Shown one piece after another: positions 38,272-48,365 of a DNA stretch of 64,000 nucleotides (positions are counted from its first letter, which is position 1; each line of letters starts with the position of its first letter). The position numbers and the translations under genes were made by a program. Source of the DNA: Candidatus Nanohalarchaeota archaeon (GTDB taxonomy: Archaea > Nanohalarchaeota > Nanosalinia > Nanosalinales > Nanosalinaceae); NCBI GenBank assembly GCA_022729235.1, contig JALDAJ010000001.1, forward strand, positions 384,001 to 448,000, in the 5' to 3' direction. A model generated the notes under the pieces. That model saw only the letters and a list, made by a program, of their open reading frames with translations. It was not told the origin of the DNA and made no database searches.

Positions 38272-39222
38272 CTAGGCGTCTATAATTCCTCTGTCTTTGA
38301 CCTTGAAGACTGCTTCTCCTTCCGGCATGTAAGGGCTGTCGACCAGTCTTGCTATTCTCTTGTCTTTCTTGCTCTTGCGGAGGTATACTCTTACCGCGGA
38401 GTTGTGCGCCACGATGTGGCCTCCGATCGCGCTGGTAGGGTCGCCAAACATCTGGTCCGGGTTTGCCATGACCTGGTTCGTCACGACTACCGCCGCGTTA
38501 TGAGCGTTCGCCAGCCTTAGAAGCGTGTTCATGTGTCTGTTTAGTTTCTGCTGCCGTTTAGCCAGTTCACCTCTTCCGACGTAGTCGGATCGGAACTGCG
38601 CTGTCAATGAGTCTACCACTATAAGCCCGATGTCTTCTCGCTGGCAGATGTCCTGTGCCTCGTCCGCTAGAAGCATCTGGTGGTCGCTGTTAAATGCGCG
38701 GGCGACGTGAATGTTTTCCAGTACTTCATCTGTTTCCAGGCTATCATGTCTTTCAACCATCTGCTCGATTCTTGATGGTATAAACGTGTCTTCGGTGTCG
38801 ATGAATACTACTCCTCGACCGAGACCACCCTCATCTTCGGTCAGCTGTACGTTGACGGAGAGCTGGTGCGCTATCTGTGTTTTGGCGCTCCCGTATTCTC
38901 CGTATAGCTCGGTTATCGCCTGTGTCTCTACTCCGCCGCCAAGGACTTCGTCAAATTCTTCAGAGCCTGTTGAAATCCTCTGCATGTCTTTCCGGAGTTC
39001 GTATTTGTCTTTTCCTGTCTCGAACCCTATGTCGAGCTCTTTTCTCGCCGCGGTGATGATCTTCTGAGCCTTGTTTTCTCCTAGGTCTGCGACTTCTCCG
39101 AGGTCTCCGGCACTCATCGTCGCTATTGACATTATATCGTCGTATCCTGCCTCTTTTAGCTTGTCTGCTGTCTTTTCTCCTACTCCTTTGAGGTCTTCAA
39201 GCTCCATATCGTCTTCTGACAC
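38272..39222 (-). CDS. radA: DNA repair and recombination protein RadA
   Basis: N-terminal HhH, GEYGSAKTQ, IDTEDTF, VVDSL, GRGELAKRQQ, GGHIVAH. Confidence 0.97.
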   Translation of the reverse strand: MSEDDMELEDLKGVGEKTADKLKEAGYDDIMSIATMSAGDLGEVADLGENKAQKIITAARKELDIGFETGKDKYELRKDMQRISTGSEEFDEVLGGGVETQAITELYGEYGSAKTQIAHQLSVNVQLTEDEGGLGRGVVFIDTEDTFIPSRIEQMVERHDSLETDEVLENIHVARAFNSDHQMLLADEAQDICQREDIGLIVVDSLTAQFRSDYVGRGELAKRQQKLNRHMNTLLRLANAHNAAVVVTNQVMANPDQMFGDPTSAIGGHIVAHNSAVRVYLRKSKKDKRIARLVDSPYMPEGEAVFKVKDRGIIDA

Positions 39223-39285
39223 TTGAAAATCACGCTCCTCGGGTTTCTGCTGTTTCGAAAACTTTCTGTGTTTTGTTCATGTTTT

Positions 39286-40284
39286 TTAAGCCTCCATAAT
39301 TTCCAGTAGGTCTTCTAGTTCTTGTTTTGCGTCTACATTTTTAACTTCGTTGGCTATGATTTCAAGCCTCCCGAAGTAATCGTTGTACCGTGTTCGACCC
39401 TCCAGCTCAAGTTCTTTTCCGAGCGCGCTCTCCGCTGCTTCCTCGACCGCGCTGGTGTCACCTTCCTCTTCTACTTCTTCGCCTATTTCAAGCAGTTCGC
39501 GGGCTAGGTCACGGAAGAATACCGCTCTCATGTTCGCTGTACCATCGTCAATCACGGCAGATACTGCGAGCGCCTTGTCTGGCGCCTTTACTTCCCCGTG
39601 ATCTTCGCATGTAAAGTCGCCGTCATCGTCTTCACGTACAGAGGTTCCGCATTCAGGACATCTGTTGTAGAACGGGTTGCTGGTGTACACGTTCACCACC
39701 ATCCCTTTTATCCTGTAAGATGCTCCTTCAGACTTGACCTCTCGCAGGTCTGCTTCCTGTGTTTCTGAAGTACCTGGTGATTCGACTTCCGGGACTTCAT
39801 CATCGTCCGCCATCTTGACCTGTGATTCATCGCCGAGCCTAAGTTCGGCGTTTTCTCTGTCATCTTCCACGGTGTAGGCGTTCTGTATCTCTATAGCATC
39901 TCCTTCATCTATCTTTTCCGCGATCTCCGTCTGCTCGTCCCAGAGTGTAACTCTTATGGTTCCGGTGTTGTCTCCGAGGACTATGTTCTGTACTTTTCCT
40001 TCATCTCCATCGTCTCGCGTAAACGTGTTCGCATCAAGTATGTTGGTGACGCGCGCCTTCAGATTCACGTTCCGCATCTCCGGTACGATGTTGTCTATGT
40101 CGAGGTCCTTGTCGGAGGCTTCTGATATCTCCACGCCTTCTTCCTTTGCAACAAGGTGTAGCGCTCCTTCTTCTGAGACAAGACCTGAGAATTCCTCCAT
40201 TTTTTCGTTTACTTTTTCCTCAAGTTCTTCCTTATCGAGCCCTGTTTCGTCTAGAATATTTTCCACTACTTTCTCTGAAACCAT
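39286..40284 (-). CDS. rpa: Replication protein A-like single-strand binding protein (OB folds, zinc finger)
   Basis: GLVSEEGAL, GDNTGTIRVTLW, CPEC...CEDH, IDDGTANMRAVFF. Confidence 0.85.
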   Translation of the reverse strand: MVSEKVVENILDETGLDKEELEEKVNEKMEEFSGLVSEEGALHLVAKEEGVEISEASDKDLDIDNIVPEMRNVNLKARVTNILDANTFTRDDGDEGKVQNIVLGDNTGTIRVTLWDEQTEIAEKIDEGDAIEIQNAYTVEDDRENAELRLGDESQVKMADDDEVPEVESPGTSETQEADLREVKSEGASYRIKGMVVNVYTSNPFYNRCPECGTSVREDDDGDFTCEDHGEVKAPDKALAVSAVIDDGTANMRAVFFRDLARELLEIGEEVEEEGDTSAVEEAAESALGKELELEGRTRYNDYFGRLEIIANEVKNVDAKQELEDLLEIMEA

Positions 40285-40330
40285 GGTAACCTCTTTGAAT
40301 CAAAAGCTTAAATCCCTTAAATCCAGGGCT

Positions 40331-40528
40331 TTACTTAAGTGCTTCCTTTATATCTTCAGCCCGGACAGTCTTCCTATCATCTTCCCTCGCTATCGCTATT
40401 GCTTCTTCTGCTACGTCTCCCGCGAACATTTCCAGGACCTCTCTAAGTTCCTCTGCACTCCCCTCCGAGACCCTTTTACCGCCTTCGTTCTTGATGAGCT
40501 CTTTCATCTTTGATATAGAGAATTCCAT
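40331..40528 (-). CDS. Archaeal histone (variant)
   Basis: KRVSE...RKTVRAEDI histone fold. Confidence 0.9.
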   Translation of the reverse strand: MEFSISKMKELIKNEGGKRVSEGSAEELREVLEMFAGDVAEEAIAIAREDDRKTVRAEDIKEALK

Positions 40529-40644
40529 TGTTCAACACCTAATACTTGTACCTGAATAATATAAACAAAATGGGGATAAAGGACTGGGATACTTGACTAT
40601 ATAGTTTAAAAAAATTATTAAGGCGCGCTAACCCAACCGGATGT

Positions 40645-40917
40645 ATGGGGGAGGATCTTGAGGAGTTTTTCCTTAATAGAAAGCCAGTAAAGATGATGAT
40701 AGCCCTACATCTCCAGGCTACTGATAACTATGTTTCAGCTATATCGCGTCACGTGGATGCTACGTATTCTCATACAGTGAAGACTCTGAAGAGGATGAAG
40801 GAGTCTGGACTGGTTAGGTTTGAGAAGAAGGGGCGAAAAAAAGAGATTTTCCTGACCGGTAAAGGGGAAGAAGTTGCTGAAAGTCTCCGAAAAACCCTTG
40901 AGACGCTGGAAGAGTAG
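40645..40917 (+). CDS. Winged-helix transcriptional regulator (MarR-like)
   Basis: TYSHTVK.L..M...GLV...KKGRKK.I.LT.KG. Confidence 0.85.
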   Translation: MGEDLEEFFLNRKPVKMMIALHLQATDNYVSAISRHVDATYSHTVKTLKRMKESGLVRFEKKGRKKEIFLTGKGEEVAESLRKTLETLEE

Positions 40918-40938
40918 GTTTTTAATCCGCTGAAATTT

Positions 40939-41841
40939 CTATTGATTTTTCTTCTGTACTCTATCTGGTTGCCGTTTCCTGTATGTGAACTGCAGATATG
41001 AAACGGCAGAGGCAAGCAGGAATGTCGCTCCCAGTAATTCGAGGCTTTCCTCCACAAGGAAATCTTTGAGCATGTATCTTACGTCCATCATGCCTACGCC
41101 TCTTTCCTCCTCCAACCGCTCTATGTTTTGATCTCCCTGTTCGTAAAGTGCTCTTAACTCTTCTCCGCCACCCATGGAGATTGTTGCTTCGTACAGGGTG
41201 TCGCCGATTTGCTGGTTGATGTCTGTAAGGTCTGCAGGTCCTGAGATGAAAACCGCTGTACCGTAGAAAAGAAATCCGCCTGCAACTAAAATCGCTGTGG
41301 TCCGGTTTTCAAGCGTCTTTCTGCCGTACTTGATCACGGCGAAGGCAGGGATAGCGGCTATGGCTCCGAAGTAAGCTGTTTCCAGGAGATTGAGAGTAGT
41401 CCAGTTTATCTGGTGGAGTAAGAGATCTCTCAGGATGAAGTGTCGGGGATTGAGCGCATCCTCTATCAGCATCAGAACTCCTGCGATAGCGAAGAGTAGC
41501 CAGAACCGGGCTTTGTCACTCTTACCCATCTTACGTAACCTGTGGTACAGGTATCCGCAGGTAGTAGCAAAAGCACCGAGGAATAGCCACTGGACGAGCT
41601 CTATAGGACCTCTCTCTTTGAAAAGGTAGTGCCATAGAACAGGTACTAGCTGATTTTGCACCGTGCTTCTTAGCCCGAGACTGTTCCTGATATCGACAAG
41701 GTAAATCGCGAGGTAGGAAAACAGGAGTATGCCTATACCTGTTCCGAGAACGTGATAATAACTTAGTTGAAAGGCGTCTGTGGTGTTCTCGGCGACTTCT
41801 TCTATGGAAGAGAGGAGGTCTCTTATCTTTTTTACCGGCAT
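40939..41841 (-). CDS. Hypothetical multi-pass membrane protein
   Basis: Several hydrophobic segments; E.GPIE..QW and EESLELLGA motifs. Confidence 0.7.
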   Translation of the reverse strand: MPVKKIRDLLSSIEEVAENTTDAFQLSYYHVLGTGIGILLFSYLAIYLVDIRNSLGLRSTVQNQLVPVLWHYLFKERGPIELVQWLFLGAFATTCGYLYHRLRKMGKSDKARFWLLFAIAGVLMLIEDALNPRHFILRDLLLHQINWTTLNLLETAYFGAIAAIPAFAVIKYGRKTLENRTTAILVAGGFLFYGTAVFISGPADLTDINQQIGDTLYEATISMGGGEELRALYEQGDQNIERLEEERGVGMMDVRYMLKDFLVEESLELLGATFLLASAVSYLQFTYRKRQPDRVQKKNQ

Positions 41842-41900
41842 TTAAACTGGCTTTTGTAGCAATCCTTTTTCTAGTCTTGCCTTCAATCTTACTAAAATAA

Positions 41901-43298
41901 TTGGTGTCCCGAGGGGATTATACAGTGAGGAAAGAACTAACTGAGTTTCTGGAATCGGGCACCAAGATAGATCTGACCAGCGGGAAAATCGGGAAGCCGT
42001 TGTTAGTGCTTTCTCTACCGGTTATAATAACGAATCTTCTGCAGACAGCGTACAACATCATTGATGTTTTCTGGCTGGGTCGTGTAAGCACGGATGCCCT
42101 GGCAGCTGTAGGGTTTGTATTTCCTGTGATATTCCTGCTTATATCTCTAGGCATAGGACTTTCGATAGCCGGAAGCATACTGGTTGCGCAGAACGAGGGT
42201 AGAGGAGACGGTGAGAGAGTGGAAAAGGCTGCGTCCCAGACGATTCTTTATATATCAGTATTCTCGGTGTTTACCGGGCTAGTAGGTTATTTTCTGGCTG
42301 AAACCATCATCACATTTCTCGGCGCGGAAGAGAGTGTTATCCCTCTTGCGACAGGGTACCTTGAGATAATATCACTAGGGATGATCGCATATTTCGGGTT
42401 CTCTGTATTCAGTTCTCTTATGAGGGGTTATGGGGACACGGTTACGCCGATGCTGATAATGGGAGGGTCGGTTCTCCTGAACATGGTGCTAGATCCTCTA
42501 CTGATTTTCGGGTGGAGTGTATTTCCTGAGTTAGGGGTGGAAGGTGCAGCCCTCGCAACTCTTATCAGCAGAGGGTTAGGGTTCGCGGTGGGTCTGTATA
42601 TTCTATTTACAGGAGTTAAAGGTCTGAGTATTTCCCTGGAAAGAATGAAGCCGGATATTGATTTTGCAAGAAAGACTCTGTCGCTAGGTGTTCCGGCAAG
42701 CATAGAGATTATGACGCGCGCATTGTCTGTCAACGCCATCCTCTTTATCGTCGGCATGTTTGCCACACCGGTGGTCGCGGCGTATGGTATAGTTATCCGG
42801 ATATACTCTGCGGTCTATCTTCCAAGTATAGCAGTTTCAAGAGGTGTTGAGACGATGACCGGTCAGAACATAGGTGCCGAGAAACCTGTTAGAGCGATTG
42901 AGGCTAACAGAATAGCTGCCAGATATACCTTTGGAATCCTGACCTTTTTCGGTATTTTCTGCTTATTATTCGCCACCCCGGTTCTCGGATTGTTTTCTAG
43001 TGATCCGGAAGTAATAGGTATCGGGTCAGAGTTTCTGATGATACTGGGTGTTTCGTTCGGTTTTGTAGGGATTAAGAGCACATACAACGGAGGGTTAAGA
43101 GGTCTTGGTAAGACAGCTTCCGCTGCGTTAATAGCTATAGTCTCACTTTGGCTAGTCAGGATACCTTTCGCCTACTTCTCAATCAGCTTCCTTGGTGAAA
43201 CCGGTATCTGGATTGCCTTTGCGCTGTCTAACTTTACCGGCGCGACCCTTGCGTACCTGTGGTTCCAGGGTAAGGGAAAGAAACTAACAGGTAAGTAA
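41901..43298 (+). CDS. MATE family efflux transporter
   Basis: About 12 TM; DVFWLGRV, RGYGDTVTP, LNMVLDPLLI, GVEGAALAT. Confidence 0.93.
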   Translation: MVSRGDYTVRKELTEFLESGTKIDLTSGKIGKPLLVLSLPVIITNLLQTAYNIIDVFWLGRVSTDALAAVGFVFPVIFLLISLGIGLSIAGSILVAQNEGRGDGERVEKAASQTILYISVFSVFTGLVGYFLAETIITFLGAEESVIPLATGYLEIISLGMIAYFGFSVFSSLMRGYGDTVTPMLIMGGSVLLNMVLDPLLIFGWSVFPELGVEGAALATLISRGLGFAVGLYILFTGVKGLSISLERMKPDIDFARKTLSLGVPASIEIMTRALSVNAILFIVGMFATPVVAAYGIVIRIYSAVYLPSIAVSRGVETMTGQNIGAEKPVRAIEANRIAARYTFGILTFFGIFCLLFATPVLGLFSSDPEVIGIGSEFLMILGVSFGFVGIKSTYNGGLRGLGKTASAALIAIVSLWLVRIPFAYFSISFLGETGIWIAFALSNFTGATLAYLWFQGKGKKLTGK

Positions 43299-43524
43299 CT
43301 CCTGTCCTCACCGCAGCTGTTTTACCACACTCTGGTTTTGGGTATCGATTTTCTGGGAGGCGTGAAATATCTCACATTACGTGTTGTTTGATTTAGACGA
43401 ACATTCAATGTTTTTTAAAGGCTATTGTTCTGACTCTCAGGTTAATCCATAATTGCCGAGTGTTTGCTTTGGACGAACAACCTGTGTAAAATGGTAAAAA
43501 GAAGCGCCAGCAAGCAGTTCCTGT

Positions 43525-43761
43525 ATGAGGATAACAAGGATTCAGGACGACGGCGAGCGGTTCATTATTTACGGCGACGGCAGACTCCTGGACAAGCTGA
43601 GCGAGGTCTTCGGCCAGATGGCTTTAGGGGTCTCGGTCACGGAGTCCGAGAGAGGCGTGGCTAATATCCTCTACACGGAGAACAACCGGGATATCGTACT
43701 GCGTGTTTTGAGGGAGCGCACTGAGGGCGAGATGGGTGTTGCTAATCGAGATTCGTCTTGA
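43525..43761 (+). CDS. Small hypothetical protein
   Basis: 78-aa ORF with plausible codon usage. Confidence 0.5.
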   Translation: MRITRIQDDGERFIIYGDGRLLDKLSEVFGQMALGVSVTESERGVANILYTENNRDIVLRVLRERTEGEMGVANRDSS

Positions 43762-44389
43762 CTCGGTCGTATGAGTGTTCAAACTGATTAAACACTCGCT
43801 GCTCTGTGAGGTCGGAATCGAGACAGTTTCTGAAAACTCTCTGGCACAAACCTTCTTTATACAGATATAGGTAAAATGCGTTTCTCAGTATATCCTTCTT
43901 GCTTCGGCAAGGGTAAACGAACCAGATAGGGTATATAATAAAGAAGGTATATTTTCTCGACCCAGGGACGAGTTTCTCATTCACTCGGTTTCATTATACC
44001 TTCTTTGTTCTGGAGTTTTGGCAAAAAATCAAGTTATTTGGAAAAATTCTGGCTGTTTGAGATCTGAAACTCTTCTGGTTCTGGGAGGTTTGTGTTACTT
44101 TCCATGTCCAAGGTATCGGATTTTATTGTGAGATCGAGGTACTTCGCCTACCTTTATTGGAGGGTGCTTTTTGCTGTTGTTGAGAGTTCGTGAGTGTTCG
44201 TTTTTTATGAACTCTCGTTAGTATCTATTTTACTGGCTGATGGTTACAAAGGATTTAAAATGTGTTTGACTGTTCGTTATTTCCGAACTAATTGGTGTTC
44301 GATGTTTCTGAACAATCTTTGATGCATGAGAGTGTTAGAGGGGGGGGCAAGGAGGCTAGAATTAAAAACAGTGCGTTGCGAACTGCTTA

Positions 44390-45106
44390 ATGATGGAGGA
44401 GTACATAGAAAGCAGGATAGAGGATGCGGATAAGGATGATACCGCGCTGACTAATGATGTCTACTTCACGGACGAAGGTACTGTAATCAAGATATATCCG
44501 AAGTATCCTCTGACCAGTATATACGCGTCATTTGTGAATTTTCTGGGTTTCAAGTTCAGTTACTTGGACCGCGAGACCAGGATGAGGAACGAGGTCGAGG
44601 TGAAAGAAGGTATAAGAGACGCAGGACTGAATGCTCCTGAGATAGTTTACCGGGGCGAGAGTGCCATAGAGTTTGGGAGAGTTCCGGGGGTTTCGGGCCG
44701 CGAGTACCTGAACTCGTGCAGTGAGGAGGAAGCGCGGGAACTCGGTGTAAAGGTGGGTGAATTCCTACCCTGTCTTCACGAAAAAGATATCGCGTTGAGA
44801 GATCTCAAAATCACTAATCTACTGGTGGATGAAGACTCGGGAATCTACCTAATTGACCACGAGTACGCAAGCCTTGACGCAGGGAAGGTATTCAAGGGGA
44901 TTGATTACCTGACTCTTTTTTCAAGCGCCCGCCAGACGTCACGTTACAGCGAGTTCAGGGAAGGTTTTCTGGAGGAAAACGGTGTTGGCAGGATGATACT
45001 GTTCTTCAGTATTCTGACTTCCATTGGTCATGCTTTACTGCTTGAAAGGAGCTGGGACAGGTTTATGAAAAGCTTGGCGAGCGTCAGCTCTGACTTGAGA
45101 GGGTGA
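44390..45106 (+). CDS. Protein-kinase-like protein (RIO/Bud32/Kdo-like)
   Basis: VIKIY, LHEKDIALRDLKITNLL, YLIDHE. Confidence 0.8.
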   Translation: MMEEYIESRIEDADKDDTALTNDVYFTDEGTVIKIYPKYPLTSIYASFVNFLGFKFSYLDRETRMRNEVEVKEGIRDAGLNAPEIVYRGESAIEFGRVPGVSGREYLNSCSEEEARELGVKVGEFLPCLHEKDIALRDLKITNLLVDEDSGIYLIDHEYASLDAGKVFKGIDYLTLFSSARQTSRYSEFREGFLEENGVGRMILFFSILTSIGHALLLERSWDRFMKSLASVSSDLRG

Positions 45107-45109
45107 TGT

Positions 45110-45613
45110 ATGATTTTCGGACTAGAGTCTTTAACTTACGGACTTCTACTGGATCTCGGGCTCCCGTTCCTTGTGATAGTATTTTTGCTTGAGGGTGCGC
45201 TACTCGGCAAGCTTCTGCCCACTGACTTTATACTTCCTGCGGCGGTGGTGATCTACGCGACCCAGACTCAACACTACTTTTCGCTTATTGCGCTAACAGC
45301 GATATCGTCTACAGCTGGTCAGTACTGGCTTTTCAAGCAAATCGGCAAGAAGGATAAAGAGTCGGTCCTGAACCATCGGTACATCAAGGTTTCGGATGAC
45401 AAACTGGATAAAGCCGAGGAAAAGTTCCAGAAGCACGGATTGAAGGCGGTACTGGTGTCTAACATGGTGCCGGGTATAAGAGGTTTCCTGACTATCCCTG
45501 CCGCACTTAACAACTCTGACGCAATGAAGTTCACACTATTCTCTGCGACAGGGACGATGGTATACCACACTGTACTGGTGGGTGTAGGGATAGGCTTAAT
45601 CTCTATTTTCTAG
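45110..45613 (+). CDS. DedA/VTT family membrane protein
   Basis: FLLEGALLG.LLP, F.KHG..AV.V...VPG.R.F..IPA. Confidence 0.85.
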   Translation: MIFGLESLTYGLLLDLGLPFLVIVFLLEGALLGKLLPTDFILPAAVVIYATQTQHYFSLIALTAISSTAGQYWLFKQIGKKDKESVLNHRYIKVSDDKLDKAEEKFQKHGLKAVLVSNMVPGIRGFLTIPAALNNSDAMKFTLFSATGTMVYHTVLVGVGIGLISIF

Positions 45614-45987
45614 GCACTTCTCGCGAGTATCTCGATCTCGTAGCCTTCAGGATCTTTCACAAAGGCATAGTTGCCAGGACATTCTTCCGGCGGGCGATAG
45701 TCTTCGCCTCCTGCTTCAACAGCTTTGTCATAAGCTTCCTGCAGTGACTGACCTTCCTCGGTATGAATGGCGATGTGCCCAAATCCTTCACCTTTCTCGT
45801 AACCGTCGTCTTTACCGTGGTTGTAGGTGAGCTCGATTTCTGCGGTCTGGTCTTCGCTACCGAGGAAGTAGAGTGTGAACGTGTCCATCTCTTTCTTTTC
45901 TCGAAGTTCGAAGCCGAACGCCTTCTTGTAGAACTCGATCATCTTTTCCGGCGAACCTGTCCGGAGCATGGTGTGCGCAAGTTTCAT
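45610..45987 (-). CDS. gloA: Lactoylglutathione lyase (glyoxalase I)
   Basis: HTMLR, IELTYN, GFGHIAI, FVKDPEGYEIE. Confidence 0.9.
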   Translation of the reverse strand: MKLAHTMLRTGSPEKMIEFYKKAFGFELREKKEMDTFTLYFLGSEDQTAEIELTYNHGKDDGYEKGEGFGHIAIHTEEGQSLQEAYDKAVEAGGEDYRPPEECPGNYAFVKDPEGYEIEILARSA

Positions 45988-46024
45988 GTCTGCTAGTTAC
46001 TTTTCCAGAAATTTAACTTGAATG

Positions 46025-46408
46025 CTACATCGTGGTTACGATCGCTTTCTCGACCTTGCTATTTGTCTGGAGGGCTTCCCAGAACTCCTTAACGCGGTTT
46101 GCATCTCCCTGGACGATGAATGTCTGAAGGCATTTGTGATTGTCGAGGTGGCTGTGCATACGTGTCTTGATGACTTCCTCATGCCTGTGCTCGATATCCG
46201 AGACCTCGTCTAGGTCTCCTTCTCCGTGTGTCGCGGTCACAACGCAGTCGACGGTCCCGCTGAGCTCGCTTATGCTTTTCTTCTCTTCTATGAAGCTCCT
46301 GATAGCCGACCTAACGACCTCGCTTCTCCCCGAAAAGCCGAGCTCTTTTTCTATCTCTTCCAACGTGTCAAGCAGGTTCTCGTTCAGTGAAACGCTTACT
46401 ACGGGCAT
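46025..46408 (-). CDS. nikR: NikR-family metal-responsive repressor
   Basis: RHH VVSVSL...SGRSEVVRSAIR followed by EHRH and MHSHLDNHKC metal ligands. Confidence 0.88.
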   Translation of the reverse strand: MPVVSVSLNENLLDTLEEIEKELGFSGRSEVVRSAIRSFIEEKKSISELSGTVDCVVTATHGEGDLDEVSDIEHRHEEVIKTRMHSHLDNHKCLQTFIVQGDANRVKEFWEALQTNSKVEKAIVTTM

Positions 46409-46488
46409 AATGAGGTTTATTAATTCTTAATAATTATATATCCTTCTACCTCTCCTATGCGTATAGTATTGGCGGTTTAGGTACTGAA

Positions 46489-46515
46489 TATTAAACAGGT
46501 ATATAAGTCTTAATA
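46489..46515. promoter_or_regulatory. Putative NikR-type operator TATTAA-N15-TTAATA bracketing the TATA box of znuA
   Basis: Perfect 6-bp inverted repeat with a 15-nt spacer containing GTATATAA; divergent nikR gene adjacent. Confidence 0.6.
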
Positions 46516-46533
46516 ATTTCAGTCTAGATTGTT

Positions 46534-47640
46534 ATGAAAATAAACAACTATATCACGCCCTTAGAAAACAAGCACGTCTTTGCTGTAGCAGCACTGCTTC
46601 TAGTCGGTGCTGCCGTCGGTATCGGTACAACCCTAGACCAAGACGGTGGTGAAAGCGACGATTTACAGGTAGTAGCGACTTTCTACCCGCTGTATGACAT
46701 AGGGCAGAATATCGGGGGTGATGAAGCGTCTTTCTCGACCCTCGTATCGCCAGGAACGGATCCTCACAGCTTTGATCCTTCTCCAAGAGACATCCAGGGA
46801 CTCAAGGATGCAGATATTTTCGTGGCGACAGGAGCCGAGTTCGAGGAGTGGGAGAAAGACATGGTTGAAGAAGTTAGAGACGACGCTGTCATAGTCGACC
46901 CTTCAGAGAGAATCGACCTGGTTCTGGCGGACGAGACACCCGACCCCCATCATGATCACGGACATGACCACGACGGCGATGACCAGGAACATCATGAGGA
47001 CGAGCATCACGATGAAGAAGAACATCATGATGAGCATCACGATGACGAGCACCACGGTGAGGAAGATCATCACGATGAACATCATGAGGACGAGCACCAT
47101 GGTGAACATGACCACAGCCACGGGCGTTATGACCCTCACTACTGGCTTTCACCACAGAACGCTATAGTTATCGCGGAAGAGATCGGTAAAGCGCTACAGG
47201 AAGTAGATGAAGAAAACGCTGAGCACTACAGCGAGAACCTTGAAAACTACGTCGGCGAACTTGAAGCGCTCGACCAGGAGTACGAGGAACGGCTTTCCGA
47301 CTGTGAACAGGATACTATCCTGATAACGCACCCTGCGTTCGCCTACCTCGGACAGGACTACGGGTTTAAGCAGGTACCTGTCTCGGGAATCGGTCACCTG
47401 ACGGAGCCGTCGCCACACGAGCTCCAGGACCTGGTCCGCGAGGCTGAAGAGCACGGACTGGAGTATATCTTCTACGACCCAGTTACTGAGGCGGATGCCG
47501 CGGAGACTATAGCCAGCGAGATCGACGCAGAAACACTTCCTCTACACAGCGTTGAGGCGGTAGAGAACCCGGAACAGGAAACCTACCTGTCGCTGATGGA
47601 GAAAAATCTGGAGAACCTTGAAACAGCGCTAGAGTGCTGA
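46534..47640 (+). CDS. znuA: Metal ABC transporter substrate-binding protein with His/acidic loop (ZnuA/AdcA-like)
   Basis: VVATFYPL, DPHSFDP, YDPHYWLSP, HPAFAYL, long His-rich insert. Confidence 0.92.
   Translation: MKINNYITPLENKHVFAVAALLLVGAAVGIGTTLDQDGGESDDLQVVATFYPLYDIGQNIGGDEASFSTLVSPGTDPHSFDPSPRDIQGLKDADIFVATGAEFEEWEKDMVEEVRDDAVIVDPSERIDLVLADETPDPHHDHGHDHDGDDQEHHEDEHHDEEEHHDEHHDDEHHGEEDHHDEHHEDEHHGEHDHSHGRYDPHYWLSPQNAIVIAEEIGKALQEVDEENAEHYSENLENYVGELEALDQEYEERLSDCEQDTILITHPAFAYLGQDYGFKQVPVSGIGHLTEPSPHELQDLVREAEEHGLEYIFYDPVTEADAAETIASEIDAETLPLHSVEAVENPEQETYLSLMEKNLENLETALEC
46950..47120 (+). repeat. Degenerate coding repeat for the His/Asp/Glu-rich loop
   Basis: Repeated GAACATCATGAGGACGAGCA / CATCACGATGA units encoding EHH(E/D)DE. 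Confidence 0.8.
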
Positions 47641-48365
47641 TGCAGAAGGCTATCCGGGCTTCTTCTCTTTCTTTCTCCTACCAGAAAGGACGCCCGGTGC
47701 TTGAAGACATAGACTTCGAAGTAGAGAGCGGAGACTTTCTCGGGATAGTCGGTCCGAACGGTTCGGGCAAGACAACTCTTATGCGGATAATACTGGGGTT
47801 GGAGAAGCCGGATGAGGGAGATGTAGAGGTTCTCGGAAAAGGTGTCAGTACTTTTGACGCGTGGGATAGGATAGGCTACGTACCGCAGAAATACGAGAGA
47901 GAACAGCATTTCCCGGCGACAGTAGAGGAAGTCCTTGAACTGGAAAAGATCCCGGAAGAACCCGATTTCGGCAGAGAAGATATAATAGATATGCTGGACC
48001 TCGAGAGTCTCCTTGGTGACAAGTTCATAGAGCTCTCAGGGGGTCAGCAGCAGAGAGTCATGGTTGCGCTCGCCCTCATCAAGAACCCTGAGATACTGAT
48101 ACTCGACGAACCGAGCGTCGGAGTGGACATACAGGCGCAGGAGGAGTTCTACGAGTTCCTTGACAGGCTTAACAGGGAGCACGGGGTAACGGTTATACTG
48201 ATATCGCACGATGTTGGGATGATATCTGAACACACGGACAAGGTCATGCTATTGAATCGTTCCGTCTGCTGCCAGGGAGAGACGGAGGAGTTGCCTGAGC
48301 TGATGGAGATGGCGTATGACGACGAGTTCAAAGTTTTCCACCACATGGGAGGTCATAGCCACTGA
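47640..48365 (+). CDS. znuC: Metal ABC transporter ATPase
   Basis: GPNGSGKTT, IGYVPQ, LSGGQQQRV, LILDEP, SHD. Confidence 0.93.
   Translation: MQKAIRASSLSFSYQKGRPVLEDIDFEVESGDFLGIVGPNGSGKTTLMRIILGLEKPDEGDVEVLGKGVSTFDAWDRIGYVPQKYEREQHFPATVEEVLELEKIPEEPDFGREDIIDMLDLESLLGDKFIELSGGQQQRVMVALALIKNPEILILDEPSVGVDIQAQEEFYEFLDRLNREHGVTVILISHDVGMISEHTDKVMLLNRSVCCQGETEELPELMEMAYDDEFKVFHHMGGHSH

Noticed and set aside
43742-43984. 80-aa minus-strand ORF
   Set aside because: Basic and aromatic composition unlike this acidic proteome, with no recognisable domain.
46950-47120. Repeat array resembling CRISPR
   Set aside because: In-frame degenerate coding repeats of the His-rich loop, with no constant repeat-spacer pattern. 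No CRISPR array or cas genes were seen in the window.
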